Below, piece by piece: positions 1-10,519 of a DNA stretch of 47,743 bases. The notes under the pieces were generated by a model that ran no database searches, had not been told where the DNA came from, and worked only from the letters and a program-made list of their open reading frames with translations. Within the stretch, counting starts at the first letter, position 1. Each line of letters begins with the position of its first letter. The translations under genes and the position numbers were made by a program. Source of the stretch: Clostridia bacterium (lineage in GTDB: Bacteria > Bacillota > Clostridia > RGIG6154); contig JAZNOU010000015.1 in the NCBI GenBank assembly GCA_045589295.1, positions 1 through 47,743 on the forward strand, read 5' to 3'.

Positions 1-2366
1 CTTAAAGTGATACCTTTTTCGTTTAAGCGTGCGACCAATTCCGCCATCATAATATCAATAATGCCGTTGAGGTTCTCTTTGGTAAGCGGTTTGAAGAAAA
101 GGATTTCATCCAAACGGTTGAGCAACTCCGGTCTGAAGTAGTGTTTGAGTTCGGCAAGCACTGCTTTTTTTGTACTCTCGGCAAGTTCGCCGTCCTCACC
201 GATACCCTCTAACAACTCTTGCGAGCCGATGTTGGAAGTTAAAATGATGATGGTGTTTTTAAAATCAACCGTTCTGCCCTGTGAGTCAGTGATTCTGCCG
301 TCATCCAAAATCTGCAGCAGAATATTAAACACATCGGGGTGCGCTTTTTCAATTTCGTCAAATAAAACTACAGAATAAGGGTTTCTTCTCACCTTTTCGC
401 TTAATTGCCCACCCTGCTCGTAGCCAACATAACCAGGAGGCGAGCCTACTAAGCGTGATACCGAGTATTTTTCCATATACTCTGACATATCAATTCTTAC
501 AACTACATTTTCATCGCCAAAAACCGCCTCAGCCAGCGCTTTGCATAGCTCAGTTTTACCAACACCTGTAGGACCTGAGAATATAAACGAGCCTATAGGA
601 CGTTTTGGGTCTTTTAAACCTGTTCTTCCTCTTTTTACAGCCTTTGCGATTGCCTGCACCGCATCATGCTGGCCTACCACTCTCTGATGCAGAATTTCTT
701 CCAGCTTTAAAAGTCTTTCGCTTTCGGTCTCGCTTAATCTTGATGCGGGAATTCCTGTCCAGCTGGAAATTACACCCGCAATGTCTTCTTCGGTTACAAG
801 CATTTTTTTAATCTGAGTTTCTTTCTGCCAGTTTTCTTTTCTTTCCTTTAATTTGTCAGCAACTTCTTTTTCTTTATCTCTGAGCAATGCTGCTTTTTCA
901 AAGTCTTGTGCTGAAATTGCGGCTTCTTTTTCATTCTTAAGCTTTTGCACCTCATCTTTTAAATCCGAAATATCATCAGGTGCGGTACATGTCTCTAGTT
1001 TTACTTTCGACGCCGCCTCATCTACCAAGTCAATTGCTTTATCGGGCAAAAATCTGTCAGTTATATATCTTGCTGAAAGCTTTGCCGCTGCAATTATTGC
1101 TCCATCAGTGATTTCCACCTTGTGATGCGCCTCATACTTATCACGCAATCCCATTAAAATCATCACTGTCTGGTCTACTGTTGGCTCACCCACCGTTACA
1201 GGCTGAAATCTTCTTTCAAGCGCCGCATCTTTTTCAACGTGTTTTCTGTATTCGTCAATTGTGGTTGCACCGATTATCTGTATCTCGCCACGTGCAAGCG
1301 ACGGCTTTAAGATATTTGATGCATCGATTGCGCCCTCAGCCGCCCCTGCTCCGATTATTGTGTGAATTTCGTCAATAAAAATAATGATATTGCCGTCATT
1401 TTTTATTTCTGTCATGCATTTTTTCAGGCGGTCTTCAAATTCGCCTCTGTATTTTGCGCCCGCTATCATTGACGATAAATCAAGCGATACTACTCTTTTG
1501 TTTTTCAAAATTTCAGGGACTTTTCCAGAATGGATTTTTTGTGCCAAGCCCTCTGCAATTGCAGTTTTACCAACACCGGGTTCACCAATTAAGCACGGAT
1601 TGTTTTTTGTTCTTCTAGACAAAATCTGAATTACTCTTTCAATTTCTTTATCTCTTCCGATTACAGGGTCAAATTTTCCTTCCCCCGCCATTTTGGTTAA
1701 ATCTCTTCCAAACTCGTCAAGTGATGGCGTTTTCTTTCCTGGAGAATGAATGGGTTCTGCAGGTGTATCCATTTCATCCTCTTCAAAATTTCCACCAATA
1801 TTTCTAACAGTTTCGTTATAAAGCTTTTGTCGGTCTCCTGAAAGCTCGGAAATTATTCTTGTAGCAACGCTTTCGCCCTCTCTTAAAAGTGCCATCAATA
1901 TATGCTCTGTACCTATATAACTATGCCCGAATCTGCGAGCTTCAGCATAGCTTAATTCTATGATTCTTTTTACTCTTGGTGTAAATCCCATTACCCCCTG
2001 TGATGACGGCGCCATTCCAACAATATCTGAAATTTTTTGTGCTATTTTCTCTTTTGTTATTTCATTGTCTGCCAAAACTGCTCCTGCTACGCTTTCATCA
2101 TCAAGGGAAAGTGCATATAAAATATGTTCTGTTCCAACATAACGGTGTCCCCATCTTGTCGCCGCGCCTGAAGCGTTTCTTAAAACATTTTCTGCCTTGT
2201 CTGAAAACTTATTGTCGAAAAACGGCATAAAATTACCTCCTCCACTGTCATTTGCTCCTCTTTTTGCAGCACATTCACTGCACATATAGGTTTCTCTTGC
2301 AACTCCGTTTATTATAGTCTTAAAATGGATGTTAGCTAAATTCTTCCCGCATATCTGACAAATCAT
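1..2366 (-). CDS. clpC: ATP-dependent Clp protease ATP-binding subunit, ClpC-type, with N-terminal CxxC...CxxC zinc finger; 3' end runs off the window
   Basis: Not in the ORF track (no stop in window). Manual translation: MICQICGK...MCSECAAK..., then in-frame MPFFDNKFS...GHRYVGTEH (Clp-N), Walker A GEPGVGKT and [11 protein letters not shown]-like [39 protein letters not shown] before 2366; second RBS/ATG at 2228. Confidence 0.93.
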   Translation of the reverse strand, partial: MICQICGKNLANIHFKTIINGVARETYMCSECAAKRGANDSGGGNFMPFFDNKFSDKAENVLRNASGAATRWGHRYVGTEHILYALSLDDESVAGAVLADNEITKEKIAQKISDIVGMAPSSQGVMGFTPRVKRIIELSYAEARRFGHSYIGTEHILMALLREGESVATRIISELSGDRQKLYNETVRNIGGNFEEDEMDTPAEPIHSPGKKTPSLDEFGRDLTKMAGEGKFDPVIGRDKEIERVIQILSRRTKNNPCLIGEPGVGKTAIAEGLAQKIHSGKVPEILKNKRVVSLDLSSMIAGAKYRGEFEDRLKKCMTEIKNDGNIIIFIDEIHTIIGAGAAEGAIDASNILKPSLARGEIQIIGATTIDEYRKHVEKDAALERRFQPVTVGEPTVDQTVMILMGLRDKYEAHHKVEITDGAIIAAAKLSARYITDRFLPDKAIDLVDEAASKVKLETCTAPDDISDLKDEVQKLKNEKEAAISAQDFEKAALLRDKEKEVADKLKERKENWQKETQIKKMLVTEEDIAGVISSWTGIPASRLSETESERLLKLEEILHQRVVGQHDAVQAIAKAVKRGRTGLKDPKRPIGSFIFSGPTGVGKTELCKALAEAVFGDENVVVRIDMSEYMEKYSVSRLVGSPPGYVGYEQGGQLSEKVRRNPYSVVLFDEIEKAHPDVFNILLQILDDGRITDSQGRTVDFKNTIIILTSNIGSQELLEGIGEDGELAESTKKAVLAELKHYFRPELLNRLDEILFFKPLTKENLNGIIDIMMAELVARLNEKGITL

Positions 2367-2378
2367 ACCTTTTGCCTC

Positions 2379-2831
2379 CTATCCCATTATACTTATTATC
2401 ATATTTTTCAATATATCAGCCCTTACCTTATCTTTTTCGGGTTGACAAACAGTCGACAGCGCCTTATCAGACACTGCTGCTGACATTAATTTTGCCTGCT
2501 TTAAATCTACCGCATTGTAATCCAAAAAGTTATTTATAAATGTAAGCGCAGCGCTTTGACCAATTGAATTACCAAGTGATAAAACTATATGCATCAAGTA
2601 CCCTGTCCTATCCATTGGAATTCTTGTAATTTTTATACTTCCTCCGCCACCCCGATGACTTTCTACCATATAGCCGTGATTGGATGTAAATCTTGAGTTT
2701 ATGACATAGTTAATTTGTGACGGCACGCAGTTAAATCTGCTTGCAAGCTCTGACCTTTGAAAACGCGCCGTACCTTGTTCTTCTTCTAACATTTCTTTTA
2801 TAAACTGTTCTATGATATCGCTTATTTTCAT
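2379..2831 (-). CDS. ctsR: Class III heat-shock repressor CtsR
   Basis: MKISDIIEQFIK, FNCVPSQINYVINSRF, VESHRGGGGSIKI glycine loop; directly upstream of clpC. Confidence 0.97.
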   Translation of the reverse strand: MKISDIIEQFIKEMLEEEQGTARFQRSELASRFNCVPSQINYVINSRFTSNHGYMVESHRGGGGSIKITRIPMDRTGYLMHIVLSLGNSIGQSAALTFINNFLDYNAVDLKQAKLMSAAVSDKALSTVCQPEKDKVRADILKNMIISIMG

Positions 2832-2843
2832 ATTGTACCCCTT

Positions 2844-2866
2844 TTTGACTTTGACTATCTTTGACT
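2844..2866 (-). promoter_or_regulatory. CtsR operator (three AGTCAAA heptads)
   Basis: Minus strand reads AGTCAAA-GAT-AGTCAAA-GTCAAA, matching the RGTCAAANANRGTCAAA CtsR box, between the -10 and the ctsR start. Confidence 0.92.
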
Positions 2867-2869
2867 ATA

Positions 2870-2897
2870 ATTATACTCCTTTTATTTTAACTTTCAA
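2870..2897 (-). promoter_or_regulatory. Sigma-A promoter of ctsR-clpC
   Basis: TTGAAA (2897-2892), 16 nt, TATAAT (2875-2870). Confidence 0.7.
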
Positions 2898-3001
2898 CCC
2901 TCTATTTTAGTCAGTAAAGGTTAAAAAATTAAATCTTATCACTAATTCCTTTCGTTTTTGCCCGTTTTCGCTAGTTTTTAAAGTGTTTTGCTCAAAATAT
3001 T

Positions 3002-3027
3002 AAAAAAAGACGGGTAATCCCGTCTTT
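3002..3027 (-). terminator. Intrinsic terminator after gpsA
   Basis: AAAGACGGG-TAAT-CCCGTCTTT hairpin with T-run on minus strand. Confidence 0.85.
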
Positions 3028-4000
3028 ATTCGCTTTTAAATTCTCTGTTCATCAGCTTTTTAACTGCCACTTCCGGTGATATTCCACCAAATAGAACCTC
3101 GTATGCAGTTTGAACTATCGGCATTTCAACATCATATTCATCCGCGAGTTTTTTTGCACAAACACAGCTTTTTACTCCTTCAACCACCATGCCTATCTCT
3201 GAAATAGCCTCATCTAACGATTTGCCTTGTCCTATTAAAATTCCAGCACGGCGGTTTCTTGAATGCATACTTGTACATGTAACAATTAAATCACCTATAC
3301 CCGTTAGTCCTGTAAACGTTTCTGCCTTACCGCCCATTTTAATACCTAATCTTGCGATTTCTTTTATTCCTCTTGTCATAAGTGCTGCTTTTGTATTATC
3401 ACCATAGCCGCTTCCGTCAGTAATTCCTGCGCATAGTGCGATAACGTTTTTAAGTGCACCGCAAACCTCAACTCCTACTACGTCGGTGTTGGTATACACT
3501 CTTAAAGTTTCACACCCAAACGTCTCCTGGACCAATTTTGCAGCATTTATATCTTCTGCTGCTGCAACTATTGTAGTTGGGATCCCTACTGCGACTTCCT
3601 CAGCATGAGTAGGACCAGATAAGACAACGCAGTCTTTTCCAAGTTCATTTTTTATAGTAACCGAAAGTCTTTGGTTTGTTTCTTCATCAAATCCTTTTGC
3701 AACATTTATTATCAGTGGCAGATTTTCATATTTTTTAAGACTTTTACATGTAGATTTTACTACATGTGACGGCACCGCCAGAACAAGCATATCAGCATTT
3801 ACCGCTTCGTCTAAGTCACTTGTCAATTTTATTGTTTCGCTGACTTTTATACCAGGCAAAAACTTATGTTCTCTTTTTTGTGCAATTTCTTTTATTTCTT
3901 CTTCAAAGAAAGACCACAATGTAACATCATAACCTTTTTTATCCAAAAGCATGCCAAGGGCTGTTCCCCATGTACCTGAACCGAGAACTGATATTCTCAT
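3026..4000 (-). CDS. gpsA: NAD(P)H-dependent glycerol-3-phosphate dehydrogenase
   Basis: GSGTWGTAL Rossmann motif, LSGPTHAEEV, GALKNVIA, GDLIVTCTSMHSRN. Confidence 0.97.
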   Translation of the reverse strand: MRISVLGSGTWGTALGMLLDKKGYDVTLWSFFEEEIKEIAQKREHKFLPGIKVSETIKLTSDLDEAVNADMLVLAVPSHVVKSTCKSLKKYENLPLIINVAKGFDEETNQRLSVTIKNELGKDCVVLSGPTHAEEVAVGIPTTIVAAAEDINAAKLVQETFGCETLRVYTNTDVVGVEVCGALKNVIALCAGITDGSGYGDNTKAALMTRGIKEIARLGIKMGGKAETFTGLTGIGDLIVTCTSMHSRNRRAGILIGQGKSLDEAISEIGMVVEGVKSCVCAKKLADEYDVEMPIVQTAYEVLFGGISPEVAVKKLMNREFKSE

Positions 4001-4608
4001 TTTGCCTCCCCCTTTTTCTTTTTGCCAAATGTATTTTCTGTACCGTTTAACAAACGTTTTATATTACTTCTGTGAGTATAATACATTAACAACGTAAAAG
4101 CTGCAGTGATGTAAACATTTATATTGCCCTCACCGCTATTTAAAAAATATGTTGTAAGCGGCAAAAACGCAAAGCAGATAAGATTACTTAAGGACATAAT
4201 CTTTGTAGTAAATAAAAGAATCAAAACCGCCGCACCTATTATAATGCCTATGCGATAATCAATTGCAAGAAGTATCCCAAAGGTTGTTGATACCCCTTTG
4301 CCGCCTTTAAACCCATAATAAATTGGGAAATTATGTCCAAGTATGGCAAAAAGCCCTGAAAGGACCGCGTATTCCTTTAAAATTAAAGTTGAAATCCATA
4401 CAGCTATTGCACCTTTAAAAAAGTCAAACAAAAATACTGCAACGCCCTGCCATTTGCCTATGCATCTCGCAACATTTGTAGCTCCTGCATTTCCGCTTCC
4501 AACTTTTTTAATGTCAATCCCATAAATTTTGCCCATTGTGATTGCACTGCTTATGCTACCAATAAGATAACCTATTATTATAATTAACACAATTTTAAAA
4601 ATCAGCAT
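3997..4608 (-). CDS. plsY: Glycerol-3-phosphate acyltransferase PlsY
   Basis: GYLIGSI, GSGNAGATN, GHNFPIY..FKGGKGV, HRSNIKRL..GTE; between der and gpsA. Confidence 0.96.
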   Translation of the reverse strand: MLIFKIVLIIIIGYLIGSISSAITMGKIYGIDIKKVGSGNAGATNVARCIGKWQGVAVFLFDFFKGAIAVWISTLILKEYAVLSGLFAILGHNFPIYYGFKGGKGVSTTFGILLAIDYRIGIIIGAAVLILLFTTKIMSLSNLICFAFLPLTTYFLNSGEGNINVYITAAFTLLMYYTHRSNIKRLLNGTENTFGKKKKGEAK

Positions 4609-4621
4609 ACAAATCCCTCAC

Positions 4622-5944
4622 TTATTTATCACGTGTTTTTTCACGCACCAAGAATTTAAGAGGTGTTCCTTTTAACCCAAACGCTTCTCTTATCTGATTT
4701 TCAAGGTAACGGATATAAGAAAAGTGTGCAAGTTCCACATCATTGACAAAAACCACAAATGTTGGGGGTTTAACCGCAACCTGTGTCATATAAAGAATTT
4801 TCAATCGTTTCCCCTTATCTGACGGTGGCTGAACTTTTAAAATCGCCTGATTTAAAACATCATTTAGCACGCCTGTTTGTATTCTCATACAATTTTGTTC
4901 ATTAACGTACTGAATTGTTTCAAAAATCTTATCAACTCTTGAGCCTGTTTTTGCAGACATAAACAAAATAGGAGCATAGAGCATAAAGTTAAAACCTTCC
5001 TTGACTTTAAGTTCAAACTCTTTCATTGTATTTGTTTCTTTTTCAACCAAATCCCACTTGTTTACAACAACAATCATAGCTTTACCCTGGTCGTGGGCAT
5101 AGCCTGCAATTTTTGTATCTTGTTCTGTAACGCCCTCTGTCGGGTCAATCATTATAACAACAACGTCACTTCTGTCAACTGCAAGTAAACTTCTCACAGA
5201 ACTGTAACGCTCAATATTTTCATCAATTTTTCCTCTTTTTCGAAGCCCTGCAGTATCTGTAAAGATATATTTTTGTCCATCTTTTTCAAATTCAACGTCA
5301 ATAGCATCTCTGGTAGTTCCAGGAATGTTGCTTACAATAACTCTGTTATCACCTAAAATTCTGTTAACCAAAGAGGATTTACCTGCATTTGGTCTTCCTG
5401 TAACAGCGATTCTTATAACATCTTCATCATCATCTTGCAAAGCACTTTCAGGAAAATGCTTTACAACCTCGTCAAGCATATCACCCATACCAAGGCCGTT
5501 GATTGCTGAAATACACATTGGGTCACCCAGCCCCAAATTGTAAAACTCATAAGCTTCCATTGGCATTTCACCACCGTTGTCCGCCTTATTACAAACCAAA
5601 ACGACAGGCTTTTCAGACTTTCTGAGCATTGTTCCTATCTCATGGTCGGTTGCAGTAAGTCCGCATTTAACATCAACCACAAACATAATAACGTCAGCAG
5701 TTTCAATTGCAATTTCGGCTTGCATTCTCATCTGAGATAATATTATATCGTCGCTTTTTGGTTCAATACCACCTGTATCAATAATTGTAAATTTATGTGA
5801 AAGCCACTCGCAATCAGCATAAATTCTGTCGCGGGTAACTCCAGGAGTGTCTTCTACAATAGATATTCTGTGCCCTGCAAGTTTATTAAAAAGAAGACTT
5901 TTACCTACATTAGGTCTTCCTACTATTGCAACAACAGGTTTCAT
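4622..5944 (-). CDS. der: Ribosome biogenesis GTPase Der (EngA)
   Basis: Two GTPase domains ([25 protein letters not shown]) and C-terminal KH-like domain. Confidence 0.98.
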   Translation of the reverse strand: MKPVVAIVGRPNVGKSLLFNKLAGHRISIVEDTPGVTRDRIYADCEWLSHKFTIIDTGGIEPKSDDIILSQMRMQAEIAIETADVIMFVVDVKCGLTATDHEIGTMLRKSEKPVVLVCNKADNGGEMPMEAYEFYNLGLGDPMCISAINGLGMGDMLDEVVKHFPESALQDDDEDVIRIAVTGRPNAGKSSLVNRILGDNRVIVSNIPGTTRDAIDVEFEKDGQKYIFTDTAGLRKRGKIDENIERYSSVRSLLAVDRSDVVVIMIDPTEGVTEQDTKIAGYAHDQGKAMIVVVNKWDLVEKETNTMKEFELKVKEGFNFMLYAPILFMSAKTGSRVDKIFETIQYVNEQNCMRIQTGVLNDVLNQAILKVQPPSDKGKRLKILYMTQVAVKPPTFVVFVNDVELAHFSYIRYLENQIREAFGLKGTPLKFLVREKTRDK

Positions 5945-5963
5945 AAAATATCATTCCTTTCTG

Positions 5964-7247
5964 TCAGATTTCGCCTTTAAGTTTAAGTGCAAGTTCTCTT
6001 GCGTCATTTATAACTACTACCTTAACACCAAGTTCTTTTTCTATATCAGGAACTGTAATATCATCTAAAAACACATCTGTGTCCGCGCGTAGCATATTAA
6101 CAGGAATAAATAAATAATCTCCAAGTTCTTTACCTTTAAGCTGATTTATTATATCCCCGCCCGTAACAAGCCCCGATACCGTTATTAAAGGTCCAAAAAA
6201 TTTATTTTCTATTGCAAAAACCTTTGCATCAATTCCGTCGAGTCTTGAAACCAGACCTTTTATAAGTTTCTCACTTATTTTGCCCGTAACTAAACTTACT
6301 TTTTTATAAACTGTATCTTGCACTTCCTGCAAGGCATCTGAAAAATCATCAATGGTAAGGCGTGCCATTCCAACACCATTTTCAAGCTGAGGAAAATCCT
6401 CGTAGTGTTCATACGGTGGAAACTCTTTTTCCGCCATAATATAAAATTCATCAGCTAAATATACTTTAACACAACCATTTTCTTTTATGAATTTTTCCTG
6501 CCACGCACTCACCTGTTCAATCACTTTTAAGCTTTTTTCTTTATCAAAAGGCGTAAGCGGATACAATCCTTTTCGGTGTTTTGTAATTCCAACCGGAACA
6601 ATTGAGGTGCTGTAAACGTTTGAAAATCCGGATAAGTCCGAAAGTGTTTTGTCCAAAACTTCGCCGTCATTAATCCCCGGGCACAACACAATCTGGCAAT
6701 TCATTAAAATTCCTGCATCGTTTAGCTTTTTCATCTGGTCAAGCAGTCTGTCAGCCCTTTTGTTACCAAGCATAAACTTCCTTGTTTTACCATCGGTACA
6801 ATGCACTGAAATATTAACGGGCGACATTTTTATATCGGTAATTCTTTTTAAATCTTTATCCGACAAATTTGTCATAGTTATATAATTGCCCTGTAAAAAT
6901 GAAAGTCTAGAATCATCATCTTTAAAATAAAGAGTTTCACGCATACCTTTTGGCATCTGGTCAATAAAGCAAAAAACACATTTATTGGCACAAGACTTTG
7001 CCTTAGATAAAAGTGCATCTTCAAATTCCAAGCCCAAATCCTCTGCGTACTCATTTACAATTTCTATAACTTCAAAACTGCCGTCTTTCTTTTTTATTGT
7101 AATATTATAATTAACATCAGCAGTAATGAATTTATATTCTAATATATCGCATACTTTTTTCCCGTTTAATTCAACCAGGAAGTCCCCTTCCTCAATTCCT
7201 GCATCATATGCAATTGAGTCTGGCTGAACATAAGTTATTTTAGTCAT
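5964..7247 (-). CDS. DUF512 family PDZ / radical-SAM-like Fe-S protein
   Basis: N-terminal PDZ-like region, CANKCVFCFIDQMPKGMRETLYFKDDD, FPQLENGVG; typical position upstream of der. Confidence 0.88.
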   Translation of the reverse strand: MTKITYVQPDSIAYDAGIEEGDFLVELNGKKVCDILEYKFITADVNYNITIKKKDGSFEVIEIVNEYAEDLGLEFEDALLSKAKSCANKCVFCFIDQMPKGMRETLYFKDDDSRLSFLQGNYITMTNLSDKDLKRITDIKMSPVNISVHCTDGKTRKFMLGNKRADRLLDQMKKLNDAGILMNCQIVLCPGINDGEVLDKTLSDLSGFSNVYSTSIVPVGITKHRKGLYPLTPFDKEKSLKVIEQVSAWQEKFIKENGCVKVYLADEFYIMAEKEFPPYEHYEDFPQLENGVGMARLTIDDFSDALQEVQDTVYKKVSLVTGKISEKLIKGLVSRLDGIDAKVFAIENKFFGPLITVSGLVTGGDIINQLKGKELGDYLFIPVNMLRADTDVFLDDITVPDIEKELGVKVVVINDARELALKLKGEI

Positions 7248-7323
7248 TTTTAATTCCTAACTTTTTTAATATCTATACCTATATTATCCAATAAAATACG
7301 TTTAATGTCAAGAAAAAGATAAA

Positions 7324-7352
7324 GCCCCGTACCTTAATAAGAGGTACGGGGT
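7324..7352 (-). terminator. Intrinsic terminator after rpmF
   Basis: CCCCGTACCT...AGGTACGGGG hairpin followed by T-rich tract on minus strand. Confidence 0.8.
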
Positions 7353-7364
7353 AGCCTTGATTTT

Positions 7365-7544
7365 TTACGCTTCTACTTTAATTACTTCTCTTCCCTTGTA
7401 ATAACCGCATTTAGGGCAGAGTCTGTGCGACATAACGAGTGCTCCGCACTGAGGACAAGCGATCATGCCCGGTACTGCCAATTTCCAATTAGCTCTTCTC
7501 TTATCTCTTCTTGCTTTAGATACCTTTCTCTTTGGAACTGCCAT
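7365..7544 (-). CDS. rpmF: 50S ribosomal protein L32 (zinc-binding form, 59 aa)
   Basis: Below ORF-track cutoff. Manual translation [59 protein letters not shown]; RBS GAGGAGG. Confidence 0.97.
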   Translation of the reverse strand: MAVPKRKVSKARRDKRRANWKLAVPGMIACPQCGALVMSHRLCPKCGYYKGREVIKVEA

Positions 7545-7578
7545 TTTTACACCTCCTCATAAACATCCTTATATGATG

Positions 7579-8073
7579 TCAATCAAATAATCCTTTTAAT
7601 ATTTCAAATTGCGGGTTAAAATACTCCTCAACGCAATCGCATTCTTTTTCATTGAGATTTGTTCCGCATTGTTGACAAATTCCTTTGCAATCTTCTTTAC
7701 ACAACTGTTTGAGCGGAAGATGTAAGACAATATTTTTACAAACAATGTCTTTTAAGTCAATAGTTTTACCTTCTAAGGTAAGAGCATCTTCAGCCTCGGC
7801 AGTTTCTTGTTTAACATAAGTCTGTTCAAAATCAAAAGAAAAACTTTTTATAAGTTCGCTGCCGCATCTTGAACAATTTGTGTTATAGTTGCAATCAACG
7901 TGTGCCGAAAGTTCAACCACTCCAACGACATTTTTAACATGACCTGAAACTTTAACATTTTCTGAAAAGAAAGCATCAAACTCTGAAAAATCGGCGTCGC
8001 TTACGTCCACCTCATTTTCAAAAACAAGCTTTTCCATGCTGCTTTTAAGTACATTTGAAATGTCTAGAAGCAA
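7579..8073 (-). CDS. DUF177/YceD family protein
   Basis: CSRC and LCKEDCKGICQQCGTNLN motifs; conserved position upstream of rpmF. Confidence 0.92.
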   Translation of the reverse strand: MLLDISNVLKSSMEKLVFENEVDVSDADFSEFDAFFSENVKVSGHVKNVVGVVELSAHVDCNYNTNCSRCGSELIKSFSFDFEQTYVKQETAEAEDALTLEGKTIDLKDIVCKNIVLHLPLKQLCKEDCKGICQQCGTNLNEKECDCVEEYFNPQFEILKGLFD

Positions 8074-8143
8074 ATCCTATACCTCCAATACACACAGTAC
8101 AAGCTATTATACAAGATTTTTCGTCATTTGTCAAGACAAATTT

Positions 8144-9340
8144 TTAAAGATTTTCAACAATTTCTTTTGTATCAAGTGCAATCATAAGTTCTTCGTTTGT
8201 CGGAATAACCAATGTTTTAACTTTTGCACCACAAGCAGAAATATCCAATTCCTCTCCGCGCTTTGAGTTCTTTTCATCATCAATTGCAACACCTAAGAAA
8301 GAAAGACCTGATGTAACTTCTTTTCTTAATGTCTTGTCATTTTCGCCGATACCTGCAGTAAATACAATTGCATCAACGCCGTTCATTGCAGCAGCGTAAG
8401 CGCCAATGAACTTTTTGATTTCATAGTAGAACATAGAAAGTCCAACTTCTGCTCTCTTGTTACCTTCGTCAGCTGCAGCAGCTACATCTCTGAAGTCGCT
8501 TGATACACCTGACACGCCGAAAATACCTGATTTTTTATTCATAAGAGCATCTACTTCCTCAGCAGTTTTGCCCTCTTTGTTAATGATATAAGTTACAATT
8601 GCAGGGTCAATATCACCGCATCTTGTACCCATCAAAGTACCTGCAAGCGGAGTAAAGCCCATTGTTGTATCCATACTTTTTCCGCCGTTTACAGCGGTAA
8701 TTGAAGAACCATTACCAAGGTGGCAAGTAATAATTTTAAGATCTTCTGCCTTTTTACCAAGCATAGCAGCTGCACGCTGTGTAACATACTTATGTGATGT
8801 TCCGTGGAAACCATATCTTCTTACCTTATACTTTTCGTAGTATTCATAAGGAAGTGGATAAAGGTATGATGATGCAGGCATTGTCTGATGGAATGCTGTA
8901 TCAAAAACTGCTACCTGAGGAACACCAGGCATTGCTTTTTCACAAGCTGCGATTCCTGTAAGGTTTGGAGGGTTGTGGAGCGGAGCAAGTTCAATGCAAG
9001 CTTCCAACGCCTTTTTAACTGCCTCTGTAATAATAACAGAACCGCTGAATTCTTCACCACCGTGAACAACTCTGTGACCAACTGCGGTAATTTCGCTCAT
9101 ATCAGCAATAACACCATGCTGTTTATCAAGTAAAGCTGCGATAACTGCATTAATTGCATCGCTGTGGTCTTTCATAACGATTTCGATAGGATATTTTTCG
9201 CCGTTTGCCTGATGAGTTAAAAGTGAACCTTCAATCCCTATTCTTTCGCAAAGGCCTTTAGCCATTACATTATTTGAATTCATATCAATAAGCTGATACT
9301 TAAGTGATGAGCTTCCTGCATTAATAACTAAAATTTTCAT
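8144..9340 (-). CDS. ackA: Acetate kinase
   Basis: True start [14 protein letters not shown] at 9340 (ORF track extends into pta); [29 protein letters not shown]. Confidence 0.98.
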   Translation of the reverse strand: MKILVINAGSSSLKYQLIDMNSNNVMAKGLCERIGIEGSLLTHQANGEKYPIEIVMKDHSDAINAVIAALLDKQHGVIADMSEITAVGHRVVHGGEEFSGSVIITEAVKKALEACIELAPLHNPPNLTGIAACEKAMPGVPQVAVFDTAFHQTMPASSYLYPLPYEYYEKYKVRRYGFHGTSHKYVTQRAAAMLGKKAEDLKIITCHLGNGSSITAVNGGKSMDTTMGFTPLAGTLMGTRCGDIDPAIVTYIINKEGKTAEEVDALMNKKSGIFGVSGVSSDFRDVAAAADEGNKRAEVGLSMFYYEIKKFIGAYAAAMNGVDAIVFTAGIGENDKTLRKEVTSGLSFLGVAIDDEKNSKRGEELDISACGAKVKTLVIPTNEELMIALDTKEIVENL

Positions 9341-9360
9341 ATTAATCCTTCTTTCAAAAA

Positions 9361-10359
9361 TTATTTTGCCTGTGCCTGAACACAAGTAATTGCAACAACG
9401 CCAACAATATCTTCTGCTGAGCAACCTCTTGAAAGGTCATTAATCGGCATGGCAATACCCTGAGTAACAGGGCCGTATGCTTCAGCTTTAGCCAATCTCT
9501 GAACGAGTTTGTAACCAATATTGCCAGCATCAAGGTCAGGGAATACCAACACGTTAGCTTTACCTGCAACTGTTGAACCCGGAGCTTTTGACTCTCCAAC
9601 TGACGGAACAATAGCAGCATCAAGCTGAAGTTCTCCGTCAACGTTAAGCTCAGGTGCGTTTTCTTTAACAATTCTTGTAGCTTCAACTACTTTATCAACA
9701 TCTGCATGCTTTGCGCTGCCCTTTGTTGAGTGTGAAAGCATTGCAACATACGCTGGCTTTTCTGTTAAAAGTTCAAAGCTTTCAGCTGAGCACTGTGCAA
9801 TAGCAGCAAGTTTTTCAGGATCAGGATTCTGCTCTAAACCTGAGTCTGCAAACACAAACACACCGTCTGCGCCATATTCACAGTTTGGAACAACCATCAA
9901 GAAGAAAGCTGAAACAAGCTTAATTCCTGGTTTTGTCTTGATAATCTGAAGACTTGGGCGAAGTGTGTTTGCTGTTGAATGGCAAGCACCTGAAACTACG
10001 CCGTCTGCATCGCCCGCTTTAACCATTAAGCAAGCATAGTACATATAATCTGAAAGCGCTGTCTTTTTAGCTTCTTCGTATGTAAGGCCTTTTGATTTTC
10101 TTAATTCAACAAAAAGGTTTAAATATTCTTCTGTTTTTTCATAAGTAAATGGGTTGATAATTGTTGCTTTTGAAATATCAAGACCTTTACTGTTTTCAGC
10201 TACTTCTTCATCTGTGCCGATAATAATGATATTCGCAATATCCTCTTTTAAAATAGTTTCTGCCGCTTCAAATGTTCTTCTGTCCATTGACTCTGGAAGA
10301 ACGATAGTCTTTTTTTCTGCTTTTGCACGCTCTTTAATTCTCTCTAAAAATGTGCTCAT
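9361..10359 (-). CDS. pta: Phosphate acetyltransferase
   Basis: [36 protein letters not shown]. Confidence 0.97.
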   Translation of the reverse strand: MSTFLERIKERAKAEKKTIVLPESMDRRTFEAAETILKEDIANIIIIGTDEEVAENSKGLDISKATIINPFTYEKTEEYLNLFVELRKSKGLTYEEAKKTALSDYMYYACLMVKAGDADGVVSGACHSTANTLRPSLQIIKTKPGIKLVSAFFLMVVPNCEYGADGVFVFADSGLEQNPDPEKLAAIAQCSAESFELLTEKPAYVAMLSHSTKGSAKHADVDKVVEATRIVKENAPELNVDGELQLDAAIVPSVGESKAPGSTVAGKANVLVFPDLDAGNIGYKLVQRLAKAEAYGPVTQGIAMPINDLSRGCSAEDIVGVVAITCVQAQAK

Positions 10360-10409
10360 AAAAATACCTCCTATGTAAATGTTAAATTTATTTTCTTATT
10401 AACTCATAT

Positions 10410-10438
10410 ATTATACACCTATTTTATCACTTTTTCAA
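10410..10438 (-). promoter_or_regulatory. Sigma-A promoter of pta-ackA
   Basis: TTGAAA, 17 nt, TATAAT on minus strand. Confidence 0.65.
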
Positions 10439-10464
10439 GTGATTTATATATTTTTCTTTTAATA

Positions 10465-10493
10465 TTGAACTTTCGAATAAATTATGATAAAAT
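10465..10493 (+). promoter_or_regulatory. Sigma-A promoter of phosphohexomutase gene
   Basis: TTGAAC, 17 nt, TG-A-TAAAAT extended -10; divergent from the pta promoter. Confidence 0.6.
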
Positions 10494-10519
10494 ATTTTAA
10501 GAAACGGAGGCTTTAAAAT

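Noticed and set aside
145-2230. Plus-strand ORFs opposite clpC and similar short antisense or alternate-frame ORFs throughout the track
   Set aside because: They shadow well-supported genes and have no RBS or recognisable motifs.
9341-9424. N-terminal extension of AckA in the ORF track (likewise extensions of RmlA, NfnB, Dus, GT2 at 31258 and MFS)
   Set aside because: They overlap upstream genes or lack an RBS; downstream starts fit family N-termini and RBS spacing.
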